Virus record (IMG/VR): IMGVR_UViG_3300046779_001841
Location: 96,001-160,000 of that record
Source of the DNA: a virus
Lineage: Duplodnaviria; Caudoviricetes
Length of the DNA stretch: 64,000 nucleotides
Reading direction: 5' to 3' (one strand)
Below are positions 46,277 through 56,535 of the stretch, piece by piece. The notes below the pieces were generated by a model. It did not search any database and was not told the origin of the DNA. It was given only the letters and a program-made list of their open reading frames with translations. Each line of letters opens with the position of its first letter. Positions within the stretch are counted from its first letter, which is position 1. A program made the translations under genes and the position numbers.

Positions 46277-49200
46277 CTATCCATTTGAACGAACATTAAA
46301 TGTAAATTGAATATAGAGTAATGGGAACACTGGCTTGTAGAAAGCATTTACTTGTAATCCTGTTGCATCTTCTGGATCTTGTACAACTTCTAAACCTGTA
46401 TATGATTCAATGATACCACCAAGAACAAGTCTTTGGAACTCATTATTTACTGCAAGTAAAACTTGTGATTGAATTACTGGTAAATTCTTTACACCAATAA
46501 AGCCATCTAAAACATTTCTCATATTTCTTTGGACTTGATCAGCAATTTGAATAATGGTTGGTGTCTTTGTCAATACAGATGACATATTGGTTGTTAAACC
46601 ATGTCTAATCTTAATTGTTGTCCCTGCATTTTCAAGAATTGAAACACCTTTAACTGCAGTAGAGTTCGCTTCAACAGGTGTTAGATTTCTCAATACACCA
46701 TTAAAACCATTTACTTGTCTTGATTCCCAGGGTGTTGCAACATCTATATTAATAGATGTTGTTGTACCAGCTACTGCACAAGCTAAATAACGACCATCTA
46801 CAATATAGGTAACAGGAGTACCTGTAGCATTTGTCAATGTCAAACTTGCAATATCTGGATATACAACACGAACACGACTAGAACCTGTTAGGTTTGCCAA
46901 ACGACCAGCTTCTTTAGGAATTGTACCACTGGCAAAACCTAAAATTGCAGTTCTTTCTGATCTAAATCTTAATGAACTTTGTAAATCGCAATGCTTACTA
47001 ATATGACTTAATAAACTTTCACTTGCTGGTATCAATGGCAAAATTACACTTGGTGTTAAGACTGCAGTTATACCACCTTCGATTGAATCAATCGCTTCAA
47101 TCATTTGTGTTTCTGTAATTTCTGCAGTGTTTGGCAATCTCTTGATTTGCTTACAAGCAATAGTACCTGCACCATTCAAAATTGCCAAGTATGCACCTAA
47201 TGATAATGGATTAGATGTTGATACATCACCATATTCAGATACTACATCTGCAATGCTATTAAATACCTTTGTTGTGTAATCTACTTTCTCTTGTGTATAA
47301 GAGATATAGTAAACTTGACCAATATCTGGTTCATTTCCACCTTTATCAAATGTTTCAAGATTTGCAGTATCACCAACAGAAACACCAGTTGTATTTGATA
47401 CGATAACAGAAACACCATTAACAAAGTTCTTAGGTATATTCGCATTACAAGTGATATTTTGACTTACATTCCACTTAAAGAAAGCATTAGCATCTTGTGG
47501 ATAATCAACACCACCTTCTCTAGCAAGAATAGTAAATGTTAAACCAGTAACACTATCTACATAAGTTTGACCAATGAAACCATCTTGACCATCACCACTA
47601 TTGAAAATAGATGTATTTGCAGAACCACTACCATTTGATACAGATGATTTAACATAGAAACCTTGTTTAGCATCTTCACCAACTGCACCATCAGTAGTAG
47701 TAATCTTTAAGCCAGTGCCTTTAGTAGTAATTGCATTTCCACCTGTGAAATCAACAATAGATCCAACACCAGTGCTTAAACTTTCAATCGCTAAGTATTG
47801 TTTATTGGTTGCACTTGTATGTACAAAAGCAACTGCTTTAGATTTAAAGTAATCATTTGCAACATCTTCACCAAACAATAAATCAGTCAAAGTATCTGAT
47901 TGGTGGCTCATTAATGCACTAACAATTTGACTAGCAGTAACACTTGTAGATGTAGATGTTTGGTTTGCAATTAAACCTAAAGTATCATTTGCACTACCAT
48001 TTAAAACTTTAAGATAACTATTGATAGCAGAACCACCACCTACAATACGAATACCTGCACCTTCTTGAGTAGCTTCTACAATACTATCTACACCAGCATC
48101 TGCAAAAGCATTATTGATTTGATCTACAATAGAATTAGAAATTAAGACTAAACCATCAAGAATACTTTCACCTACACAAGTTAAGATACCTGTTGCACTT
48201 GATGTAAATTCTACATTGACAATAGTCCCATTCACATCTAGCAATAAAATATTATTTGCAGGATATGAATTGTTGTTGCCATTATAGAATTTTACTGCTG
48301 GTTGACTATCATCAGTCTTTTGTTCAGACCAACCTACGATAGATTTAAGAGTAGGTTGTTGAACAACTGCACTCTTGATAGCAGGTGAGTAGCTAGACTT
48401 TAATCCTGCTTTAGTCAATAAACTACCAGCTACTATACGAACACCTAATTCACCACTTGGCAAGAAATAAGAATTTCCCATGAAGAAACGATTTCTTAAA
48501 ATCAATCTTTCTTTAACTGCACTACCACCTAAAGATGTTGATGATACTTGAGCAACAGGGAAAAATCCAAATTTGGTTTGTAATCCATCTACATCATCTG
48601 TATCAATACCTGCAATAATAGCAAAATCATCTTCTGGATCAGCTTGACTTACAAATTCAAGATAACCATAGGTATCTTCAACATCTACAAGTCTTTCAGC
48701 TTTACCAGAACCTGCACCTACACCAGTAGCAACAAATGTTGTACCTAACATATTATTTGGAGAACCAATATTTGTCCAAATAGTATCACCAATCACAGTA
48801 ATGGTATAAGTTTCACCTACAACAAAAGTACCAGCATCTTCTTCTACAAGTTCTGCAATAGCATGAACAACAGTACCATTACCAGCTAAAACACTACCAT
48901 CATCATCAGCAGTGAATGTAGTACCAATAGTATTATTTGCACTACCTACCAAAGTAAAATCTGTATTGCCAGCATCTGTATCTAAAATAACATATACTTC
49001 ACCTGCAACAATATCTACTGCATCTACAATTTCAAATTTCTTACCTACTTGATCAAGACTAAATACTAGACGACCTGATGAATTTGCAGTAACAGAAACT
49101 ACAACACCTTGTGTTACACCATTTACTTCGTATTGAAGAAGATTATCTACTAAAACCTCATTGATCTTAGTTTCAAGTTCTGTTGCCAATGCACTCGCAG

Positions 49201-51502
49201 TGGAATAAACTGCATCTGTTAAAGTAATAGATACTTCACCAATAGCAGTATGTACACTACCTATAAATTGGAATGATAATGTATCATGACTATTTGCAAT
49301 AATCTCTACACCACCATTTAAAGTAGTCATAGCTTGATATTGTGGTGCTACTGAATTACAAGCAATATTAATCGCATCTGCAATATCTTGTGCTGTGCAA
49401 TTCGCAACAGTGCCTATATTCACTACAATATCTTGATTATCTATCTTTAATTGAAGACTATCATTCCCTGCACTAATTGTTCCTAAATCTTGCAATCCAC
49501 TTTCTACTGTGTATGGCAATACATCACCTACGATATGTGCAAGAACACCAAAACGACCATCACCTGTTGGTGATGATAAACTTACACCACCTGTTACTGT
49601 TACTTCATCAATAGATAAATTGATTTGATCACTTGTATCTTTGATAGTGAAATAAGGACTTGATCCAGCACTAATAAAAGATGCACTTGTTGGATTGCTT
49701 GATGCAAATTTAACTGTTACTGTTTCATTAACAGGTGTGCCTGTAGTAATTCTAGCATCGGGCAATAATTCACTACCACTTGGGAATGATAAATCTACAC
49801 CATTTAAAGAAGAACCTTTAGTGCTTAATGTCACATCATGTAAAGCAACACCTTGTTTCAAAACTTGGTATTTACCTTGACCACTCGCACCCTCAGATAA
49901 ACATACAAATTGATATTGATTGTTTCCACCAATAGTAGAATCTGTCAAAGTGTTGTAATAGAAAGTAGCAAAAACTTCTTTACCTTCTTCAACTTCTTCA
50001 GCCAAAGTGATTGTTGAATCTACATGATTTACTCTTGCGACTACTGAATCAGTCTTTTCAATCGCATCAGTAAAATTATAACCAACTTTTACTTGAACTA
50101 AATCTGCTCTTGATGTTGGACTACCACTGCCTGTTCCATCAACAGGTTGATATGGCAATTTGAAAGTGCTTGGTAATGCTCTTGGTGGTACTACACTTGT
50201 ATCAATTACTCTTTCACATTGAACAAGATAAATCTTATCATCTTTGAGTGATGCAGTGATTTGAGCATCATTAAAAGCAGTAGCATTTAATGATGTTTCA
50301 CCAGCAGAAACTAATGCAGATGTTCCCCAAACAATTTTATCGTCTTTAAGAATCCAAGAGATGCCTTCGATAAAGTTAGATGAAGAACCACCACTACCAT
50401 CAGAAACTAAAGATACAGATTCAACACTAAGAACACCAGTGCTTGGAATGTAGTCAAATTGATCTCTAAAGCTATTGAAATAATAAGTGACTGTTAAAGT
50501 AGCATCTGTTGCAGGTGCTTCTGTTAAAGTGATAGAACCATTTGAACCATCAACACTCGCAGGTGTGATAGTAGCACCATTAAGTTTAACTACAATATCG
50601 GTAATATCTGTAGTAGTGATACCACCATTTGTACCATCCACGATAGGATAATGACTTGTAAAGAAAGTCTTATTTCTTGAAGTGGATTGATTTACAACAA
50701 GACCAAGTTTAGCATTAGCAGAACCATTACCAATAGTAATAGATCCACTCGCATTTAATTGAAGATTTTCTAAATTGAAATTATCGGTATATGTAGATGC
50801 TTCTAAAGTACCATAAGAACCAGAATTGATGATCGCAACAACACGATTTAGATCATCTTCTCTATTGCCTGTTGAAATAGTAGGTAGTGTAATAGAATAT
50901 TGAACACCATCTACAACAAAAACAAAAACATTGGATAGAGCATCAAAATCAAAGCTACCATTTGAACCAGTGATTTCTGCCATTGTTGTAGTGATTTGAG
51001 AAGAAAGACTTTCATCTTCAATTAAAGTATCTGTTCTCTTAAAATAATAAGAAACTAAGACGGTATCTGTAAGTGCGGGTGTGGCCGCCAATTCAACAAT
51101 ACCTTTAGCACCATCTACACTTAGAACAACAGTAACGATACCATTGACATAAGCAGTAACACTTGAACTATCAGTGGCAACAACACCACCACCAGTACCA
51201 TCTACCATAGGAAATTTTTGGACTTGAACTTTAGTAGCAGTTCCATTGAAATTTCCCAAAATAGGTGTACCATCTGGATTAAATCCTAGAACAGCACGAC
51301 CACTCATGTTTTCATTAACAATTCGTTGGTCAACAGATGAAGAAGAACCTCGTATCATTTGAACACCAACAGATTGGATAGTTTCTTTACCAGCACCTAG
51401 TAATAAAGGAATTTGTCCAGTAAAATTACTAGATGGTAAAGGTGAATCAAATACTGTTTGAGTATAAACACCTGGTGGTGCATAACCGCCTTGAATAGCC
51501 AT
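46277..51502 (-). CDS. contractile tail sheath protein, greatly extended
   Basis: N-terminal PPGVY and sheath C-terminal domain (R..VVYP, I..RHGLTT, Y.PVFPL.YI...F). Confidence 0.85.
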   Translation of the reverse strand: MAIQGGYAPPGVYTQTVFDSPLPSSNFTGQIPLLLGAGKETIQSVGVQMIRGSSSSVDQRIVNENMSGRAVLGFNPDGTPILGNFNGTATKVQVQKFPMVDGTGGGVVATDSSSVTAYVNGIVTVVLSVDGAKGIVELAATPALTDTVLVSYYFKRTDTLIEDESLSSQITTTMAEITGSNGSFDFDALSNVFVFVVDGVQYSITLPTISTGNREDDLNRVVAIINSGSYGTLEASTYTDNFNLENLQLNASGSITIGNGSANAKLGLVVNQSTSRNKTFFTSHYPIVDGTNGGITTTDITDIVVKLNGATITPASVDGSNGSITLTEAPATDATLTVTYYFNSFRDQFDYIPSTGVLSVESVSLVSDGSGGSSSNFIEGISWILKDDKIVWGTSALVSAGETSLNATAFNDAQITASLKDDKIYLVQCERVIDTSVVPPRALPSTFKLPYQPVDGTGSGSPTSRADLVQVKVGYNFTDAIEKTDSVVARVNHVDSTITLAEEVEEGKEVFATFYYNTLTDSTIGGNNQYQFVCLSEGASGQGKYQVLKQGVALHDVTLSTKGSSLNGVDLSFPSGSELLPDARITTGTPVNETVTVKFASSNPTSASFISAGSSPYFTIKDTSDQINLSIDEVTVTGGVSLSSPTGDGRFGVLAHIVGDVLPYTVESGLQDLGTISAGNDSLQLKIDNQDIVVNIGTVANCTAQDIADAINIACNSVAPQYQAMTTLNGGVEIIANSHDTLSFQFIGSVHTAIGEVSITLTDAVYSTASALATELETKINEVLVDNLLQYEVNGVTQGVVVSVTANSSGRLVFSLDQVGKKFEIVDAVDIVAGEVYVILDTDAGNTDFTLVGSANNTIGTTFTADDDGSVLAGNGTVVHAIAELVEEDAGTFVVGETYTITVIGDTIWTNIGSPNNMLGTTFVATGVGAGSGKAERLVDVEDTYGYLEFVSQADPEDDFAIIAGIDTDDVDGLQTKFGFFPVAQVSSTSLGGSAVKERLILRNRFFMGNSYFLPSGELGVRIVAGSLLTKAGLKSSYSPAIKSAVVQQPTLKSIVGWSEQKTDDSQPAVKFYNGNNNSYPANNILLLDVNGTIVNVEFTSSATGILTCVGESILDGLVLISNSIVDQINNAFADAGVDSIVEATQEGAGIRIVGGGSAINSYLKVLNGSANDTLGLIANQTSTSTSVTASQIVSALMSHQSDTLTDLLFGEDVANDYFKSKAVAFVHTSATNKQYLAIESLSTGVGSIVDFTGGNAITTKGTGLKITTTDGAVGEDAKQGFYVKSSVSNGSGSANTSIFNSGDGQDGFIGQTYVDSVTGLTFTILAREGGVDYPQDANAFFKWNVSQNITCNANIPKNFVNGVSVIVSNTTGVSVGDTANLETFDKGGNEPDIGQVYYISYTQEKVDYTTKVFNSIADVVSEYGDVSTSNPLSLGAYLAILNGAGTIACKQIKRLPNTAEITETQMIEAIDSIEGGITAVLTPSVILPLIPASESLLSHISKHCDLQSSLRFRSERTAILGFASGTIPKEAGRLANLTGSSRVRVVYPDIASLTLTNATGTPVTYIVDGRYLACAVAGTTTSINIDVATPWESRQVNGFNGVLRNLTPVEANSTAVKGVSILENAGTTIKIRHGLTTNMSSVLTKTPTIIQIADQVQRNMRNVLDGFIGVKNLPVIQSQVLLAVNNEFQRLVLGGIIESYTGLEVVQDPEDATGLQVNAFYKPVFPLLYIQFTFNVRSNG

Positions 51503-51514
51503 AATCTTTTGCTC

Positions 51515-51940
51515 CTATTTTTGTTGGAAATTACATCCAATTTCTTTTCTGACTTGGTTTTTTATATCTCTTTGAGTTTCATGGTAATTTTTGTCCATTA
51601 TATATTCATTGTCATATCCAACGATTATATCTAATGGATTGCCTTTTGTTTCTTCAAGTAGTTTCACTTTGTCTTTATATCTTAATTTTGCAATTTCCCA
51701 TTTTCTTATGGAATCTTGCATAAGTACTCTTTCAAAGTTTGTATCTAAATTTTCAATACCAGTCGATTGTGGTTTCACTTCTTCTACTTGAATATTATTA
51801 TATCCAACACTCTTTGCACCTTGTAAAATTGAAAAAGCATCTTTTCCACAAGATGTGCAAGATTGCGAATTAACATCGGTAGCTACTCTTTTACTAAAAG
51901 AAAGACCACAAGTCCTGCATTGGAATTTTAAAATAGGCAT
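51515..51940 (-). CDS. FmdB-like zinc-ribbon protein
   Basis: MP..(K)F.C..CG..F...C..CG. Confidence 0.65.
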   Translation of the reverse strand: MPILKFQCRTCGLSFSKRVATDVNSQSCTSCGKDAFSILQGAKSVGYNNIQVEEVKPQSTGIENLDTNFERVLMQDSIRKWEIAKLRYKDKVKLLEETKGNPLDIIVGYDNEYIMDKNYHETQRDIKNQVRKEIGCNFQQK

Positions 51941-51985
51941 TAAGATTACTCCTCTTTGTTTAATAAGATTGATAATATAAATAAA

Positions 51986-53095
51986 TTATTTAAGATCTTG
52001 AATTTTATTTTTCACTAAGCCAGTATATCCCACTTGATTTTCTGCTATCGGTAATTCTTTTTCTAAACTTAATGATTTCCCATAAGACATTAATGGTGCT
52101 ATCAATGGAATGTGCATAAACCAATCCACCTGCAATGTTGTTGATACACTCGCAGTATAAAAATAATCATCTCCATTCTCATCATATACTTCTTCACTCT
52201 CACCACCTAAACTTACTTCATTCATATTAATTCCTCTTGATGCAAGTTGATCTCTTAATACTGCCCACATCCAAACTACTGTTCGATCTGCTAAATCTGC
52301 TTGTGAATGTACATCTCTTGCTATAATTTCTATTTCTACAGATACATCCCATCTACCACCATATTCTTTATAAATATCATCAGCTTCATCCAGCACTACG
52401 ATTGCTTGTTGATCACCACCTCTTAATCGTCTACCAAAATATATTAAAACACCAGGAATAATTTTATGATAGACTTGATCGGGTCTTACATATTTAGGTT
52501 CGATTACATCTGTTTGTAGTTCGGTATATGTAATCTCAATGCTAAGACCATTTAATAATTCATCTGCCAACTCAATGATATTTCCATTTAAAGTATAGTC
52601 TACACCTTCAACATATCTAGTGTAAGATGGTTTCTCAATAATTCTTAAACTATTCTCTACAGGTGTGCCAAGTAATTGGATTTCATTTGCACCTATAAAA
52701 ACAGGTTCTGTTTCTTTTACTCTTTTATATTTAGTCATATCTACTCGATAGATTTCATACTGATCTTCCATCTTTGTTATATCTAAAATATAGATACCTT
52801 CATCTGGTTTAAAATTTGGATTTTCTTTAACCCATTCAATCGAACCATATTCAAGTTTTTTAGTTTTTGCTAGATAGACATAACCACGAACTGTGGATAA
52901 ATAATTATCTGCACTAAGCACAACATTACTCGCACCACCTGTTTTAATGACCATACCAAATTGTGGTCTTTGGTCGAAACTATATTTGCCTTGAATATTA
53001 TTTGCAATTTCTGGGTATCTTGGGTGATCAGACCAATATTTTCTCAATTCTTCTATCATGAGATTACGAACTTCTAGTGTTAAATAATGAAACAT
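51986..53095 (-). CDS. probable tail completion/terminator protein
   Basis: position upstream of the sheath; terminator-like C-terminal pattern; inference. Confidence 0.4.
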   Translation of the reverse strand: MFHYLTLEVRNLMIEELRKYWSDHPRYPEIANNIQGKYSFDQRPQFGMVIKTGGASNVVLSADNYLSTVRGYVYLAKTKKLEYGSIEWVKENPNFKPDEGIYILDITKMEDQYEIYRVDMTKYKRVKETEPVFIGANEIQLLGTPVENSLRIIEKPSYTRYVEGVDYTLNGNIIELADELLNGLSIEITYTELQTDVIEPKYVRPDQVYHKIIPGVLIYFGRRLRGGDQQAIVVLDEADDIYKEYGGRWDVSVEIEIIARDVHSQADLADRTVVWMWAVLRDQLASRGINMNEVSLGGESEEVYDENGDDYFYTASVSTTLQVDWFMHIPLIAPLMSYGKSLSLEKELPIAENQVGYTGLVKNKIQDLK

Positions 53096-53137
53096 CTTTA
53101 TTTACTCTTTCTTTTTTGGAATATACTTTTAATCACT

Positions 53138-53722
53138 TCATCTATTATCTTGTCTACCATCTTCAGCACTCCTTGTTGTTAATGCTTTAAATCTTATTTG
53201 TTTTCTTTTACTTTGGAGCATCAGCTTTTTTTTATCAAGCATTTCTTGACCAGTCATTTTTTCATAAGTTAAAATTGTAGTTGCCTGCATGACTGCACGA
53301 TCAATCGCTTTTTCTATCCATGAGTATTTTACAACAGCTGGGTGTATCCAAGATTTTTCTGTTACTAATGGCAATGTTCTAAACTCAATTTCACCATTTC
53401 TATTTTTAACAGGTATGGCTTGTCTTGGTTTATTTCTTTCTGTTTTAAGCCAGTGCATAGGATAAGCAGGTTTGTTTCTTAAATGATACTTGATATGTTG
53501 CCATGTAGAATATAATACAATATCACCATTATCTTTTATCTGTACACCAAAAGAATAAATAAACTCTTGTGTTTTAGGAACTGCACTAAATAATTGACCT
53601 GCTCTTTTAGCTTCTTCTCTAACTTCATTTAAAATCATTTCTGCGATAAATTGAATTTCTTTTCGTGTTTTGTCTTTGATAGGTTGTCTAAAGACAAATT
53701 GTTTTTTAAGTCTATCTACCAT
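53138..53722 (-). CDS. probable neck/tail assembly protein
   Basis: basic protein in the structural cluster; start reset to MVDRL. Confidence 0.4.
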   Translation of the reverse strand: MVDRLKKQFVFRQPIKDKTRKEIQFIAEMILNEVREEAKRAGQLFSAVPKTQEFIYSFGVQIKDNGDIVLYSTWQHIKYHLRNKPAYPMHWLKTERNKPRQAIPVKNRNGEIEFRTLPLVTEKSWIHPAVVKYSWIEKAIDRAVMQATTILTYEKMTGQEMLDKKKLMLQSKRKQIRFKALTTRSAEDGRQDNR

Positions 53723-53750
53723 TTTAAAATGCAATCTTAATAAATGTTCT

Positions 53751-53786
53751 TTAATAGAAACTTTAATAGAAACTTTAATAGAAATT
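53751..53786. repeat. 12-bp tandem repeat x3
   Basis: TTAATAGAAACT, TTAATAGAAACT, TTAATAGAAATT. Confidence 0.85.
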
Positions 53787-53824
53787 GGGATTATAGAAAT
53801 CGGTATTTGATCTTTTAAAAAAGA

Positions 53825-54154
53825 CTATCTATTATATAAATAGCTAAGATGTTCATCAAGTTCTTCAGTAATTCTTTCTGTCTTACCCAACAAACTGCTA
53901 ATTTCAACAAGTACTTCGAGCAGAGGTCTTCTTAACTTATTCAAAGAATCTACAAGTTGAGCATTTCCTGTTCTTTTAGCTTCTCTAATAAGAACATCAA
54001 GCGCACTAATTTCTTCCTCAAGTGCGGTATCCAAAAGGTTAAAAGTACTTTGGACTTCATCTGAAGAGGTTGCTAGTCGGTCTAAAACACTTGGTGATAT
54101 GATTGATGCTTTTTTAAGCAAAGAAGCCAAACGACTTAATCTTTGTGAATACAT
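53825..54154 (-). CDS. RLASL-leader family protein
   Basis: MYSQRLSRLASLLKKAS. Confidence 0.8.
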   Translation of the reverse strand: MYSQRLSRLASLLKKASIISPSVLDRLATSSDEVQSTFNLLDTALEEEISALDVLIREAKRTGNAQLVDSLNKLRRPLLEVLVEISSLLGKTERITEELDEHLSYLYNR

Positions 54155-54171
54155 GGTAGTTTCTCTTTTTG

Positions 54172-54537
54172 TTAAAACTGTCCGATTTCGCCTAATTCAT
54201 TACATTCTTCATAAATATGTGCGGCCAAAAATTCTGATTTCTTAACAAGATTTTGAAGTTGGTATGAAACTTGTTGCAATTCTTGTTTAATCTGATTTAA
54301 CTGGTAAACATCTTCACGATGTTCAGCTTGATCCATCACTTCTTCAAGTGCATCTTGTTGTTCCATTGCCAAATTAAATAAATCACCAATAGCATCAACA
54401 AAAGCACTTGTAGTGTTATGTAATTCTTCTAAACTCTTCTCAGAAAACATAGGTGATGCTTTTTTGCTTCTTAAAGAAGCCAAACGATTTTGTCTTAAAG
54501 AAGCCAAACGGCTTTGTCTTTGTCTTTGTGAATACAT
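54172..54537 (-). CDS. RLASL-leader family protein
   Basis: MYSQRQRQSRLASLRQNRLASLRSKKAS. Confidence 0.8.
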   Translation of the reverse strand: MYSQRQRQSRLASLRQNRLASLRSKKASPMFSEKSLEELHNTTSAFVDAIGDLFNLAMEQQDALEEVMDQAEHREDVYQLNQIKQELQQVSYQLQNLVKKSEFLAAHIYEECNELGEIGQF

Positions 54538-54583
54538 AATAGTATCTCCATTTGTTTGTTAAAGTTTTAAGTTTATTAAACTC

Positions 54584-54613
54584 ATCTCAATAAAAGATTA
54601 TAAATAAACTATA
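54584..54613 (-). promoter_or_regulatory. candidate late promoter ATAGTTTAT-N10-TTATTRAGAT
   Basis: same spacing at 55151-55180 (-) and 55200-55229 (+); variants at ~56398-56426 and ~53734-53762. Confidence 0.5.
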
Positions 54614-54616
54614 ATC

Positions 54617-55105
54617 TTATTTTGAATATGGAGAACCTACAAAAATAGGTGCAAGACTTCCATATTTATCTTCAAAATCTCTTAAATCATCAAGAGCAGG
54701 AATGTTCCCATACAAGATTTCTCTTTCACCTTCGGAAGCATCAAAAAAATCTTCTCCTTCAGTCATCAATTCTATCACCTGTTGAATATATTCTGGGAAT
54801 CCTCTTTCAAGCATCTCAAGAAAACCTTCTCCTACCTTAAATGCCTGACTCTTCTTATCCTTCATAGAACTCAAAAGTTTAACTGTCTTAGCTTTTGTCA
54901 TGGCTATTTCTTTTAGCCATTCAGGTTTTGCTTTTACTATAAACTGGTCTGAGAAATTATCACTTCTTAAATTCTCCACTAATCCCCAAATTTGCAGAAG
55001 TTTGTCATCATCACCAGATGGCATTACAGAAGATTTTCTTAAAGAAGCTAAACGGCTTTTTCTTAAAGAAGACAAACGGCTTAATCTTTGTCTTTGTGTA
55101 AACAT
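54617..55105 (-). CDS. RLASL-leader family protein, paralog of 55892..56353
   Basis: MFTQRQRLSRLSSLRKSRLASLRKSS; shared PSGD.DK.L and KPE.LK. Confidence 0.8.
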   Translation of the reverse strand: MFTQRQRLSRLSSLRKSRLASLRKSSVMPSGDDDKLLQIWGLVENLRSDNFSDQFIVKAKPEWLKEIAMTKAKTVKLLSSMKDKKSQAFKVGEGFLEMLERGFPEYIQQVIELMTEGEDFFDASEGEREILYGNIPALDDLRDFEDKYGSLAPIFVGSPYSK

Positions 55106-55150
55106 GGTAGTTTCTCCATTTGTAAAAAAAGTTTTAAGTTTATTAAACTC

Positions 55151-55229
55151 ATCTTAATAAAAGAATATCAATAAACTATTGATGCGAATGTTTAATAATA
55201 ATAGTTTATAGATAAACTATTATTAAGAT
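55151..55229. promoter_or_regulatory. divergent pair of candidate late promoters
   Basis: ATAGTTTAT-N10-TTATTAAGAT on both strands; ATAGTTTAT-AG-ATAAACTAT palindrome at 55201-55220. Confidence 0.5.
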
Positions 55230-55261
55230 ATATTGTCTTTACACAAAAGGATCACTAAAAA

Positions 55262-55768
55262 ATGATTAATCAAAAATTAGCTTCTCTTGAAGCAAGAATT
55301 ACTAGACTTGAATCAAGTCTTAATCAAAAACAAGCATCTTGGATGTCATCACCAGGTTCAAAACATGAACAATTTTTAGACATGAAAAATGATTTTCTTA
55401 GCAATATTGATGTTAAGAAAATTAAAGACATTCTCAATATGAAAACTAAAAAATATGATCTTGAATTTGTTCTTGGATCAACAGGTGAAGATGGTCGTTT
55501 TTCAGTAGAGCAATTTAAAATTGTATGTAAGAATTTAGAAGGCACTAAATTTTACCCACCTATCTATTTTGAATTTTCTTTTACTGTTGAAGAAGAAGAA
55601 TTGTTTTTTCATGCAGGTGCTTGGTTGCCAAAAAATAGATCTAAACTTTCACCTGATGCTGAAGATGGTTTATCCTTTTCCTATACAAAAAAAGTTAATG
55701 TTAATGTAGAAGTAGTAGATTTTCTTGTTGATTGGATTGACCAAATTAAGATGGACTATCCATATTAA
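55262..55768 (+). CDS. ASLEARI-leader protein
   Basis: MINQKLASLEARITRLES..KQAS. Confidence 0.75.
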   Translation: MINQKLASLEARITRLESSLNQKQASWMSSPGSKHEQFLDMKNDFLSNIDVKKIKDILNMKTKKYDLEFVLGSTGEDGRFSVEQFKIVCKNLEGTKFYPPIYFEFSFTVEEEELFFHAGAWLPKNRSKLSPDAEDGLSFSYTKKVNVNVEVVDFLVDWIDQIKMDYPY

Positions 55769-55891
55769 TTTTATCCTTCTCATTCTCATAAACAACAATC
55801 TTTTTGAATGATGGATATAGATAAGTATCCTAAAAGTCATGAAGAAAATATTTTAAAAGATGCTCGTGAATTTATTAAAAACAAAACAGGA

Positions 55892-56353
55892 TTATAACTT
55901 TAAATTAAACTTTCTTGCAAGGTCATCTAAATAATCATACACATCAGGGTCATAAGAAAAAACCAATGGTTCGTGCATCTCAAAACGGAGTTCTCTTCCC
56001 TCATCCAGACTAGAGGTCAAATCATTAATATAATATGGCCATTCATTTTCAAGAACCTCAAGAAGAATTTTAGCGGCCTTAAATTCTTCACCATTCTTAT
56101 CTTCAATAGTTCCCATAACTTTCATCGCATAAGATTTTACATTAGCCATTTTTTTAAGAAATTCGGGTTTTGGCTTTATAGTAAAAGCATCTGAGAATTT
56201 TTCAATACTATTTTCAAGACCATTGACTTGTGCAAAAATTTTCAGAACTTTGTCTTCATCACCAGATGGCATTAAAGAAGATTTTCTTAAAGAAGCTAAA
56301 CGGCTTTTTCTTAAAGAAGCCATACGGCTTAATCTTTGTCTTTGTGTAAACAT
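55892..56353 (-). CDS. RLASL-leader family protein
   Basis: MFTQRQRLSRMASLRKSRLASLRKSS. Confidence 0.8.
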   Translation of the reverse strand: MFTQRQRLSRMASLRKSRLASLRKSSLMPSGDEDKVLKIFAQVNGLENSIEKFSDAFTIKPKPEFLKKMANVKSYAMKVMGTIEDKNGEEFKAAKILLEVLENEWPYYINDLTSSLDEGRELRFEMHEPLVFSYDPDVYDYLDDLARKFNLKL

Positions 56354-56535
56354 AATAGTTTCTCCATTTGTTAAAAAAGTTTTAGTTTATTAAACTCATC
56401 TATAAATAGACTATAAATAAACTATTGATGCGAATGTTTTAATAGTTTAGCTTTATATTGAAGTTTAAGGTTTCAATAGTTTATTTATAATTTTTCTTTA
56501 TAGAAAACTTGTTTTTACACAAAAGGATAATCAAA

